Assembly: GCF_006345805.1 (NCBI RefSeq)
Contig: NW_021833380.1
Coordinates: 1 to 27,675 of the forward strand
Length of the DNA stretch: 27,675 bases
Origin: Octopus sinensis
Taxonomy: Eukaryota
Direction: 5' to 3'
This document shows, piece after piece, positions 10,007 through 20,249 of this stretch (the first letter of the stretch is position 1; every line of letters starts with the position of its first letter). The translations under genes and the position numbers were made by a program. The notes beneath the pieces were generated by a model that saw only the letters and a list, made by a program, of their open reading frames with translations, was not told the origin of the DNA and ran no database searches.

Positions 10007-10359
10007 TAAAAAGCGCCCAGTAGGCTCTTTAAAGTGGTTGGCATTAGGAAGAGCTTGGTGATCCAGCCATGGTAGATGCCATGTAAAAATTGCGCAGTCC
10101 ACACTGTAAAGTGGTTGACATTAGGAAGGGCATCCAGCTGTTAAAACCATGCCAAAACTGACGACATCCTTGCTCTTGCCATGTAGAAAGCACCCTGTCC
10201 ACTCTGCTGGGTGGTTGATGTTAGGAAGGGCATCCAGCTGCAAAAACTGTGCCAAAACAGACACAGAAGTCTGGTGCAGTCTCCTGCCTGGCCAGCCCCT
10301 TATCAAACCATCCAATCCACGCCAACATGGGAAACAGACATTAAACAATGGTGATGAGG
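10007..10359 (+). mobile_element. Family-C related RTE tail variant with three gtggttg.c.ttaggaagggcatccagc subrepeats
   Basis: Repeated motif at about 10037, 10111 and 10211; ends aaacagacattaaacaatggtgatgag (decayed GAT tail). Confidence 0.6.
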
Positions 10360-10684
10360 TGTAGGCATGGCTGTGTAGTAAGAAGCTTGCTTCCTAACAA
10401 CATGGTCTAAGGTTCAGTCCCACTGCGTGGCACCTTGGGTGTCTTCTACTGTAGCCTTGTGAGTGGATTTGGCAGATGAAAACTGAGTGAAGCCCATCTG
10501 CAGGTGGCACGTAAAAAGTACCCACTACACTCACGGAGTGGTTGGCGTTAGGAATGGCAAAAAGCGACCAATAGAATAAGAACTGGGCATACAAAGAATA
10601 AACCCTAGGGTCGAACTGTTTGTTCGACAAAAGGTGGTGCTCCAGCGTGGCCGCAGTCAAATGACTGAAACAACACAAAGAATA
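10360..10684 (+). mobile_element. Chimeric SINE: A head (10360-10498), family-C piece (10499-10558), A 3' end (10559-10684)
   Basis: Each block matches other copies in the window; the normal internal microsatellite and mid-body of A are absent. Confidence 0.7.
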
Positions 10685-10696
10685 CAAGAATCCAGT

Positions 10697-11283
10697 TGCA
10701 GAAAACATGCCAAAGCAGACAGCAGCATTCGGTGCCGTCTTCTCACTTGCCAGTTCTTTACTGAATCATCCAGCCCATTCCAGCCAGAAAAGTGGATGCC
10801 CTTCCTAATGCCAACCACTTCGAGAGTGTAATGAGTGCTCTTATGCACCACCAGCATGGGTGTCACTTGCACGACACCAGTATCTGCCACGACTGCGATT
10901 TTGCTCCATGCCGGTGGCACGTAAGAAGTGCCATCCGATCGTGGCCGTTTGCCAGCCTCGTCTGGCACCTGTGCAGGCGGCTCGTAAAAAACACCCACTA
11001 CACTCACGGAGTGGTTGGCGTTAGGAAGGGCATCCAGCCATAGAAACACTTCCAGATCAGACTGGGCTTGGCGCAGCCTACTGGCTTCCCAAACCCCAGT
11101 TGCACCGTCCAACCCATGTTAGCATGGAAAGCGGACGCTAAATGATGATGATGATGGGTCTTCTTCTCAAGCACAACATAATGCCAAAAGTCTTGGTCAT
11201 TGCCTCAGTGGGGCCACCTCAACAAATTGTCCAACCCATGCAGGTAAAAGCAGATGTTATGATGATGATCATCATCATCATCG
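10697..11283. mobile_element. Cluster of family-C/RTE fragments in both orientations; best copy 10862-11156 (+) with (GAT)n tail
   Basis: Inverted piece about 10790-10860; RTE ORF-end relic on minus at 11157-11215 (TEAMTK..HYVVLEKKT-like); opposed gat/cat tails at 11259-11283. Confidence 0.65.
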
Positions 11284-11588
11284 TTACAATGATGACAATA
11301 CAATGCATATAGATGATGACAAAGAGATAAAAAAAATTTTTAAAAAAAGAGTTCCACCTGATGCATGTAGAAGAAACTCAAGAGAGTGAAGAATGAATAA
11401 AAAACTGGGAAGAAATAGCATTGCCAGCTGATCTCAGGATGCTGATAGGTGTGAAGGAGCTGATAAGAAATCCCAAGCGTTGAGATGCTGCACTGGCGAA
11501 GAGACCAATCGAATCAATGCACAAATGGAAAATTAGATGCAAAACGACGTATTATGGCGATTCAAGAAGACGCATACATATTTTTTAT

Positions 11589-11940
11589 CATTTACTTGTT
11601 TCCATCCTTAAACTGTGGCAATGCTGGGGCACCGCCTAGAAGGGTTTCAGTAGAACAAAGAGGCCCTGGTACTTGTTCTATTTGTCTCTTTTGCCAAACT
11701 GCTAAACTATGAGGAAGGAATCAAACCAGAACTAGCTGTCGAATGGTTGTGGAGGTCAAAGGCACACATACACATATACACAACAGGCTTCTAACAGTCT
11801 CCACCTACGAGATCCAGTCACAAGGCTTTAATTGGTGAGAGATTATAGAAGAAGACCCCCTACATGAGGTGCCATGGAACTGAACCCTGGAACCACGCAG
11901 TTGGGAAGCAAACTTCTTAACCACACAGCCATGCCTATAC
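11589..11940 (-). mobile_element. Diverged full-length family-A variant
   Basis: The rc runs from tail (tttacttgtttcc...gctggggcaccgcc) to head (ggaactgaaccctgg...aaccacacagccatgcctatac). Confidence 0.8.
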
Positions 11941-11967
11941 ATACGTGTGAATGTATCTCTCTCTTTC

Positions 11968-12328
11968 TCTCTTTTACTTGTTTCAGTCATTTGACTGCGG
12001 CCATGCTGGAGCACCGCCTTTAGTCGAGCAAATCGACCCCGGGACTTATTCTATCGGTCTCTTTTGCCGAACAAACACCAGCATCGGTTGTCAAGCAATG
12101 CTAAGGGGACAAACACAGACACGCAAACACACATACACATACATACATATATATACATATATACGACAGGCTTCTTTCAGTTTCCGTCTACCAAATCCAC
12201 TCACAAAGCATTGGTCGGCCCGAGGCTATAGTAGAAGACACTTGTCCAAGATGCCACGCAGTGGGACTGAACCCAGAACTATGTGGTTGGTTAGCAAGCT
12301 ACTTACCACACAGCCACTCCTGCGCCTA
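11968..12328 (-). mobile_element. Full-length SINE family A
   Basis: Reverse complement of 19838-20230 including A and B boxes; small internal deletion near 12050. Confidence 0.93.
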
Positions 12329-13652
12329 CATATATTTTACTGGTTTCCATCCTTAAACTGTGGCCATGCTGGGGCACCGCCTAGAAGGGTTTCTGTTATT
12401 TTCAGATATGTAAACAAAGTTACTTTCGGTACTTACGGTACCTATACCGAAGGATCGCCAAATTATTTACTTTGTGTAAAATTTTTTATGTATTTTGTGT
12501 TTTATTTACTTTGCTAGGTAGTCGTTGTAGGATTGACTAGTCACGACTAGCTAGTACCCATATATTCACACACAGAGATAGATAGATGCCGTATCTATGT
12601 GTCTATACTCTACTGCTCTGAGTGTTTCGTCCTTTCGGATTTATGATTTACTGACTATATATATATATATTGAAGGTCTTAATACTATTAGAATTATTCT
12701 ATTTAAATACTACCAGCCGGTCATTGTTATCGTAACAGCTTCTATTCTGAAGTGTTTACATCTGTAGCTTCCACTGTGCTTCGCTTTCTTCCTCGCTACA
12801 CACGTTGTTATACACCGAAAATAATTGCTAAATAACAAACAGTAAATAACAATCTGCTCTCATAAACAGAACAACGTAACCTCAACGTGGTGTCGCTCAA
12901 CATGCTAGAAAAAGTAGCAAAAACTCCCTCAATTTACATGCTATAGTATTCAAAATAAGCCCCACATGTTTGGAAATAGTCGTCAAAAATACACAATCCA
13001 TGAATAAAAGAAGGGATGTTCACGGTTAGAAGACTTTGAACTTAAAGCTAACCGAAAAGTAATAAACACGAGGCTAAACAACAACACCAAGCCAATGACA
13101 AGCCATCTATGTGGTTCCTCGAATTGTTAGAAATAACAACCAAGTTTCTCAAAGGCGACAAGATGTTCTATATACAATTAAAGGCAGAATTCTGTTTTAA
13201 GCACCTCATTCTATAAGATTAAAACAAAAAAGTTACGGGTGCTTTGACCAGAATTCCGCCGAGTTAAAACAGAAAATAGATTATCTAAGAACAACTGTCG
13301 GGATGGTCAAAACTGGAACGCTTCCGATTAGGTTGTTTTGAAATGAAACAAGAATTAACCATTATAAATTAGATTTAGTCGTAGATAAGAAAAGAGTATA
13401 TATATATATAATATTATACATACATGAAGACGGAGGTTCTTCGAAATGGAATAAGGCTTTCTTCAATGCTTCCATAGACATTTCTGTTGATGTTACGTGT
13501 GAGTAACAAATCAATCTGTGACACCGGTTAAACACCGTTACGAGCAAGGGAGATAATTCTCCTATTCTAATTCGGTTATTTAAATACCTGTAGTGTATTA
13601 ATTATTTTAATTGTTGAGTGTGGTTATATGTTTAATTATACGGGGTTGGGGC

Positions 13653-14651
13653 GGCTTTAAGGGTGTCACGTAAGGCCAGACTGGAGGCCTAACCTTCCGA
13701 GGGATCTTTTCGGTTTGAACGGCAGTTTTTAAAAATAATTTCCACGTAACTAAACACTTTTAAACTTTGTATACTGGTAGAATGTATTTATCATACATCT
13801 TTTTCTCTTGGCTTTATTGAGAAAATAAAGTTTGTAAGATATTAGTTGTTTTTTTTTTTTCTTCAGTTTCTGTAATTTCAACCAATCAATGACCGTTTAT
13901 TGAGGTGAAAACATTCTGTGCCGTATGAATATGTCCCTCGTTTAAGAAACAGATTGGGTTTATTTACATTTGTGAAGAAAAAAAGATACCTCCCCCATCC
14001 CCCACCCCTAACCCTAAAACAGATTGAAATGCAATAGATTGATACTAGGGTCATAATTATGGGTGACAATTTCATATAACACCGCTAGAAAAAACTGCCG
14101 TTCAAACCGAAAAGACCCCTTCCGACTTCTTTTACGAAGGGGTGTTGAATAGTTCTTGGCTTTACGGGTGTCATAAATGGGCTCAACCTTCCGAGTGCTT
14201 TTATGAGGGGGTGCCAAAAAGTTTCTGGTTTTAAGGGTGTCGGGAAAAGCCTGGCTGGAGATCCCAAACCTAGTTCTTTTGCGAAGGGGTGCTGTATAAT
14301 TCTTTGCTTTAAGGGTGTCATAAATACCCTCATTACAGGCCCAACCTTCCGAGTGCTTTTATGAGGGTGTGCCAAAAAGTTTCTGCTTTTAAGGTTGTCA
14401 CGAAAGGACTGTCTTTAGATCCCAAACTTCCGAGTTCTATTACGAAGGGGTGTGAATAGTTCTTGACTTTAAGGGTGTCAAAAATGGCCTCGTTATAGGT
14501 CCAACCTTCCGAGTGCTTTTACGAGGGGGTGCCCAAAAATTTCTGGCTTTAAGGGAAAAGCCTCTCTGGACGCCCAACCTTCCGAGTTCTTTTACGAAGG
14601 GGTGCTGAAGACTTTAAGGATGTCATAAATGGCCTCGTTACAAGCCCAACC
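13653..14651. repeat. Minisatellite of ~69-81-bp monomers alternating A/B (dimer ~152-161 bp), interrupted by a MITE
   Basis: Anchors (a/g)(c/t)ga(a/g)gg at 14134, 14203, 14281, 14361, 14442, 14521 and 14594; a partial B-type monomer at 13653-13700 lies upstream of the MITE. Confidence 0.92.
13701..14119. mobile_element. 419-bp MITE with 30-bp TIRs and 6-bp TSD (TTCCGA)
   Basis: 13701-13730 gggatcttttcggtttgaacggcagttttt vs rc of 14090-14119 (29/30). TTCCGA at 13695-13700 and 14120-14125. No coding capacity. Confidence 0.92.
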
Positions 14652-14662
14652 ATATATATATA

Positions 14663-14707
<45 letters not shown>

Positions 14708-14740
14708 ATACATACATGCATACATACATACATACATACA

Positions 14741-14772
<32 letters not shown>

Positions 14773-14795
14773 CATATACATATATATACACATAC

Positions 14796-14839
<44 letters not shown>

Positions 14840-14866
14840 GTATGTATGTATGTATGTATGTATACA
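14652..14866. repeat. (TA)n/(TACA)n/(TATG)n microsatellite
   Basis: Directly visible. Confidence 0.98.
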
Positions 14867-16190
14867 CAGGGCCCTTTAAATAAATTGATATCAATTTGAA
14901 GCAGTTGACTTAGTGGGTTTAGCATTTCCTTTTTTGATAAAACCTTGCTTGAAATCTAATCGTCCTCTTTAGTTTTCAAGTAAAGAGCGAACTGATTCAA
15001 CGGAACAGCAGAATCGTTCTGCCATTGTTGTTTTGGTGCGCGCCGGACACACTGCCAATAAAATCGTTAAGTTTTTCGTTTGTATTAACCATTTAAAGAA
15101 ATGGGAAAGATTGATGGGAAAAGACACATGACTCGAAGTGATTCCAAGCGCAACCCAAAGTTTCTCGCTGGCCTCAAACGCTCGATTGAAGCCAACCCAT
15201 CTACATCCAGGACAACTTTTGCAGAGAAACGCAATGTGTCCCTTTCCACGGTGTCCAGAGCTGTGAACAGGGTCCTTGGTACGACTAGCTAGTCAACTCC
15301 TAACAACCAAGGCGAAAGCAATCAGAGCGCAGCGATACCCAAAGCTTCTGTCATTCATCAAACATCAGAGTACAGGAAAAACTCCCGTGTTTGTGGATGC
15401 GCCAAAGCTCACTGTGGACTCTGAGGCGAGTCGTAGAAATTCTTAAGTGATAGCATATAATCCTTCTGACGTTCCCACTCTGTTTGAGACTAAGAATCCT
15501 TATTTCTTTACTGCCCACAAGGGGCTACACACAGAGGGGACAAACAAGGACAAACAAACGAATAAAGTCGATTATATCGACCCCAGTGCGTAACTGGTGC
15601 TTATTTAATGGACCCCAAAAGGATGAAAGGCAAAGTCGACCTCGGCGGAATTTGAACTCAGAACGTAGCGGCAGTCGAAATACCGCTAAGCATTTTGCCC
15701 GGCGTGCTAACGTTTCTGCCAACTCACCGCCTTAGTTTGAGACTAAGAATCCTGCCTCTGTGATGGTATTTGGTGCCGTGGCGAGTGATGGAAGTGTCAT
15801 GGGACCACATTTCATTGAGTCTGGCTCGAAGATCGTCACAAAGGAGTATCTGGACAAACTGAAGCACTCTCTGTTAGCTTGGAGGGAGCAGAAGTTTGGG
15901 CTTGACAATGTGGTCCTTATTCAGGACTGAGCACCAGGCCACGGGTCAAAAGCAACGTAGGGTTTCCTTGGGGAGAAGGTGCCATTTTTTTTTGTGTGGG
16001 CCAACACCTGGCCCGGTAAAAGCGCAGATCTCAACCCTCTCGATGACATTTTATGGGGGCGTATTTGAAACAAGGTCCAATGCTTCACCACACTCGAGTG
16101 CCAACAGTTTGGAGACCTGCATCGTGCATGCGACACGCAAAATCACGAAGGCGGAGATTGCAGCAGCTGCAAAAAAAAAATGTATCAAAT
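14867..16190 (+). mobile_element. Decayed Tc1/mariner element, maT (DD37D, Bmmar1-like) type transposase pseudogene; right end not found
   Basis: Left end CAGGG...; ACG(ATG?)EQQNRSAIVVLVRAGHTANKIV from 15000; HTH-like RNPKFLAGLKRSIEANPSTSRTTFAEKRNVSLSTVSRAV; VFVD (D at 15396); KNPASVMVFGAVASDG; LIQD*APGH (D at 15925); WPGKSADLNPLD (D at 16042). 38 codons lie between D2 and D3 including a T9 run. Multiple stops and frameshifts. Confidence 0.9.
15501..15734 (-). mobile_element. Full-length SINE family B with 19-bp TSD inside the transposase
   Basis: GTTTGAGACTAAGAATCCT at 15482-15500 and 15735-15753; removing the SINE restores ..LFETKNPASVMVFG.. Confidence 0.96.
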
Positions 16191-16958
16191 AAATGCATGT
16201 ATGCTTGCACTAATGAGTTTTTCTTTTTACCGAATCATTCGAATACAATACATTCCGTTGAATGTTACTTTTATTCCTGCAAAAAAGATTTTCATGAAGA
16301 AAACTGATAAACCGCTCTTTATTTATTTATTTGTTTATTTCCATTATTTCTAACAAAAATTTCCACATTAATATTCTCGATGGATTCAAAGTCTTGCCAT
16401 ATTGAAATATTTTGTCTTAAAAACGGTTCTTTTCAATTCTCAAAGAAATTGCTGAAATGCTCTTACAGAATAAAAGATGACAGTTCCTTTTTTTATTCAT
16501 CACCGTTTTTCAACAGCTTTGCTCTCCAGATTTTGGTACTAGTTTGTTTCTATGACAACAAGAATATTATAACTTTTACTCAATTTTCCCACAGAACTTA
16601 ATCATTACTTCGAGCAATTCTAATTTCGTTTTTTCTTACGCAATGTTTTCTCATCTCTTTCACTTCCGTTTTCTGCGTTTTCATAATATATTCCATGGAA
16701 TAACTATGGTATTACATATTGTACAGACTATCGTATAGGTTTGCGCTCATATGCCTTGCTTTGTTCCCTCTCTTATCCCTCACTTTTTATGATGCTGTCT
16801 TACTTTTTGTGTTTGTATATATTTTACGGCAATTTACTACAGATGAAGCCATCAGCATCATTTTTTAAAACAGAATTTTCACGGATCTTTCTCACATTTG
16901 ATTTACCCATTGAATAAATATACCTGACTCATCTCCCACTGTGTCTGCTTACACACAA

Positions 16959-17030
16959 GTATATCCATCCATCCAACCATCCATCCATCCATCCATCCAT
17001 CTATACATCCATCCATCCATCCATCCATCC

Positions 17031-17081
<51 letters not shown>

Positions 17082-17092
17082 ATCTTCCATCC

Positions 17093-17142
<50 letters not shown>

Positions 17143-17207
17143 TGTCTATCTATCTATCCATCCATCCATCCATCAATCCATCCATCCATCCATCAATCCA
17201 TCCATCC

Positions 17208-17300
<93 letters not shown>
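16959..17300. repeat. Compound (TCCA)n/(TCTA)n/(TC)n microsatellite
   Basis: Directly visible. Confidence 0.98.
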
Positions 17301-17304
<4 letters not shown>

Positions 17305-17308
17305 TATT

Positions 17309-17478
17309 CGTTTACTTATTTCAGTCATTTGACTGCGGTCATTTGACTGCCTTTAGTCGAACAAATCTCCCCTTATTCTTTGTAAGCTAAGCATTTATTC
17401 AATCGGTATCTTTTGCCGAACCGTTAAGTGAACGCAAACACACCAACATCGGTCGTCAATCGATGGTGGGGGACAAAC
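17309..17478 (-). mobile_element. SINE family A 3' half
   Basis: Reverse complement of the A tail, with a local duplication of gtcatttgactgc. Confidence 0.85.
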
Positions 17479-18254
17479 TATGAAAGGAAGACTATGTAGT
17501 TCGTGCCGCGACCAAAGGCACACTGGAGCTTGGCGATCGTGGTAACGACATTCCGACCTGACGTCTACAACGCTCTGTAAATTGGCGCTTTTTCCTAGTC
17601 AGTTTCTAGCCTTTGTAGAGAAATGTCATAGGGCCCTCCAGAATAATCTTTCACATGATGCTTGACTTCTGCACACGTGATCAAACCGTTACTATAACGT
17701 GATTTGAAATCTGCAATATAGTAACGCAAGTTAACGTCCTGCTACAGTTTCATTAATTTGTTGCGATTTTTGCCAGCATTGCTTTTGTTTTAACGAATGT
17801 TTTAACCATCGATGTTGCTAATTTTACTGCTGTTGCTTTTGCTGCTGTTGCTGCTGCTGTTGTTGTTGTTTACACTAGTTACTGATTTGTTTGTTATTTA
17901 TATTCGTTTTTATTTATTTTATTTGTTTCTAATGTCATCTCGTAGCTTTTTCTGCTTTTACTACATCGGCTGTTGTTGCTATTGTTGTTGTTGATTTTGT
18001 CAACATTGCTGTACTTAATTTGTTCTCGATTGATAGTAAATTAGTCTTGTTTTCTTTGTAGTACCTGTTGTTGTAGTGGTTTCTGTTGTTACTTTCAAAT
18101 TTCAAAAAATATTAACATTTAAATCGATTCTGGATTTCCAATTTATTTGGCATTGTTATAGAAGAAGGAAAATCGTGAAGTTTTATGCCCATACACGCAA
18201 ACTCACTCACACGCACATGATAATATACACACATACTACACACACACACACACA

Positions 18255-18570
18255 CCACACACATGCGAAGACATACACATACTACACAGATACATATACA
18301 TGCGAAGATACACACATATTACACACATACACACACATGCGAAAATACACACATACTACACACACACACACATGCAAAGATACACACATATTACACACAT
18401 ACACACATGCGAAAACACACACAGTACACATACACACATGCAAAGATACACACATACTACACACCTACACATACATGCAAAGACACACACATACTACACA
18501 CCTACACACACATGCAAAGATACACACATACTTTACTCATGCACACACATGCAAAGATACACACGTATAC
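18255..18570. repeat. CA-rich minisatellite, nine 31-37-bp units (catgc(a/g)aagatacacacatactacacac...)
   Basis: Anchors tgc(a/g)aa at 18264, 18301, 18338, 18373, 18408, 18439, 18476, 18513 and 18550. Confidence 0.9.
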
Positions 18571-18582
18571 ACAAACATTACT

Positions 18583-18901
18583 GGCACTTCGTCAGTTGCG
18601 ACGATGAGTGTTACAGTTGACCCGACCAACGGAACAGTCCGCTCGTGAATTTAACGTGCAAGTGGCTGAGTACTCCAGAGACACGTATATCCCAACGTAG
18701 CTCTTTGGGAGATTCAGCGTTACTCAGACTGTGAAAATTGGCCCCATTGTTATACAGGTACTACACATTTTCGCCAGCTGAGTGGACTGGGGCAATGTGA
18801 AATAAAGTGTCTTGCTCAAGGATACAACGCGTCGCCAGGAAATGAACTCATGAACTTGCGATCGAGAGCCGAATGCCTTAAAGACTACACCGCACGCCTT
18901 C
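18583..18901 (-). mobile_element. tRNA-derived SINE family D, near full length
   Basis: Minus: gaaggcgtgcggtgtagtc...gagttcatttcc (boxes), tgtatccttgagcaagacactttatttcacattgccccagtccactcagctggc, tail ...cagccacttgcacgttaaattcacgag...gaagtgcc. Body shared with 370-430. Confidence 0.8.
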
Positions 18902-18904
18902 ACA

Positions 18905-18971
<67 letters not shown>

Positions 18972-19091
18972 ACATACACACACACATTAGCACACAGAAA
19001 CTCACAGAAATCTACTAACTAATATATATATATATAAATGAAAGAGGATGTTGTGAAGCAGCATTCTTTGAAACGGCCGTAGAGATGGTCG

Positions 19092-19172
<81 letters not shown>

Positions 19173-19289
19173 TATATATATATTTATAAAATAATCCAAA
19201 CATGAAAACACAAAGAGAAACACAACAACGCGAGGACGTGGAACAAATATAGTATTATTGGACGCTCAGGAAGGAAGGAAAGAAGGAGG

Positions 19290-19324
19290 GTTTAAGGTTT
19301 CGAGCGGAGCTCTTCGTCGGAAAC
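19290..19324 (-). ncRNA. Degenerate minimal hammerhead-like motif, homologue of 8574-8609
   Basis: Minus: gttt-CCGACGA-A-GAGC(tcc)GCTC-GAAAC-CTT-aaac; same architecture, two core deviations. Confidence 0.35.
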
Positions 19325-19431
19325 ATAGGAGAAGGAAAGATCCAGAGAAGGGAAGACAGAGGAAAAAAATCGCCAACGGTACACACGCGGTCACATGTCT
19401 ATGTATATGTATATATATCTTGTTAATGTAT

Positions 19432-19471
19432 TTTTTGCTAGCCGGAAGCTGAAAGAAAGCTATCATAGGTG

Positions 19472-19546
<75 letters not shown>

Positions 19547-19767
19547 ATCCATGCTGGTTCGTCTTTGTATCTGTTTGTCCCCCTAGCGCAGTTCGACATC
19601 CTGTGTCATTTTGTTTACGCCCCCGTAACTTAGCGATTCGGCAAAGAGCGATTCGATAGAATAAGTACTAGGCTAGGCTTACAAGGAATAAGCCTTGGCG
19701 GTCGATTTGTTCGTCTAAAGGCGGTGCTCCAGCATGGCCGCAATCGAATGACTGAAACAAGTAAAAG
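19432..19767 (+). mobile_element. SINE family A 3' portion with internal (GT)n expanded to ~75 bp
   Basis: gccggaagctgaaagaa..(gt)n..tttgtccccct...ggcggtgctccagcatggccgca. Confidence 0.85.
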
Positions 19768-19837
19768 CATAAAAGAACATGAGTATACACACACCACACA
19801 CACATATGTGAAGAAGGGCACGATGCACAAGTATATA

Positions 19838-20000
19838 GGCGCAGGAGTGGCTGTGTGGTAAGCAGCTTGCTTACCAACCACACGGTTCCGGGTTCAGTCC
19901 CAATGCGTGTCACCTTGGGCTAGTGTCTTCTGCTATAGCCTCGGACCGACCAAAGCCTTGTGAGTGGATTTGGTAGACGGAAACTGAAAGAAGCCCGTCG

Positions 20001-20033
<33 letters not shown>

Positions 20034-20230
20034 CTGTGTTTGTCCTCCCAACATTGCTTGACAACCGATGCTGGTGTGTTTACGTGTCCGTTACTTGGCG
20101 GTTCGACAAAAGAGATCGATATAATAAGTACAAGGCTTACAAAGAATAAGTCCTGGAGGTCGATTTGCTCGACTAAAAAGGCGGTGCTGCAGCATGGCCG
20201 CAGTTAAATGACTGAAACAAAGGAAAAGAG
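19838..20230 (+). mobile_element. Best-preserved full-length SINE family A (tRNA-derived head, internal TA/TG microsatellite)
   Basis: A box tggctgtgtggta (19848), B box gggttcagtccc (19890), then body, (ta)n(tg)n, and tail ...aatgactgaaacaaaggaaaagag. Comparable in kind to the tRNA-derived octopus SINEs (OK/OR1/OR2); exact family not determined. Confidence 0.95.
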
Positions 20231-20249
20231 TATATAGGTGTATCGTATC

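Noticed and set aside
11340-11560. Protein-like plus frame EFHLMHVEETQESEE*IKNWEEIALPADLRMLIGVKELIRNPKR*
   Set aside because: In-frame stops, no splice support and no recognisable family.
14003-14017. Interstitial telomere repeat
   Set aside because: Only two CCCTAA units, internal to a MITE.
13653-14651. Possible CRISPR-like repeat-spacer array
   Set aside because: Inter-repeat segments are not unique but alternate between two conserved types; eukaryotic context; no cas genes.
14882-14897. 16-bp palindrome aaattgatatcaattt
   Set aside because: Short, AT-rich and inside the transposon end; not independent evidence of function.
16190-16340. Right TIR of the mariner element
   Set aside because: No convincing reverse complement of CAGGGCCCTTTAAATAAATTG found; the element is treated as 3'-truncated.
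19838-19910. tRNA gene
   Set aside because: A and B boxes are present but there is no complete cloverleaf, and the sequence continues into a multicopy SINE body; the same holds for all A, B and D heads.
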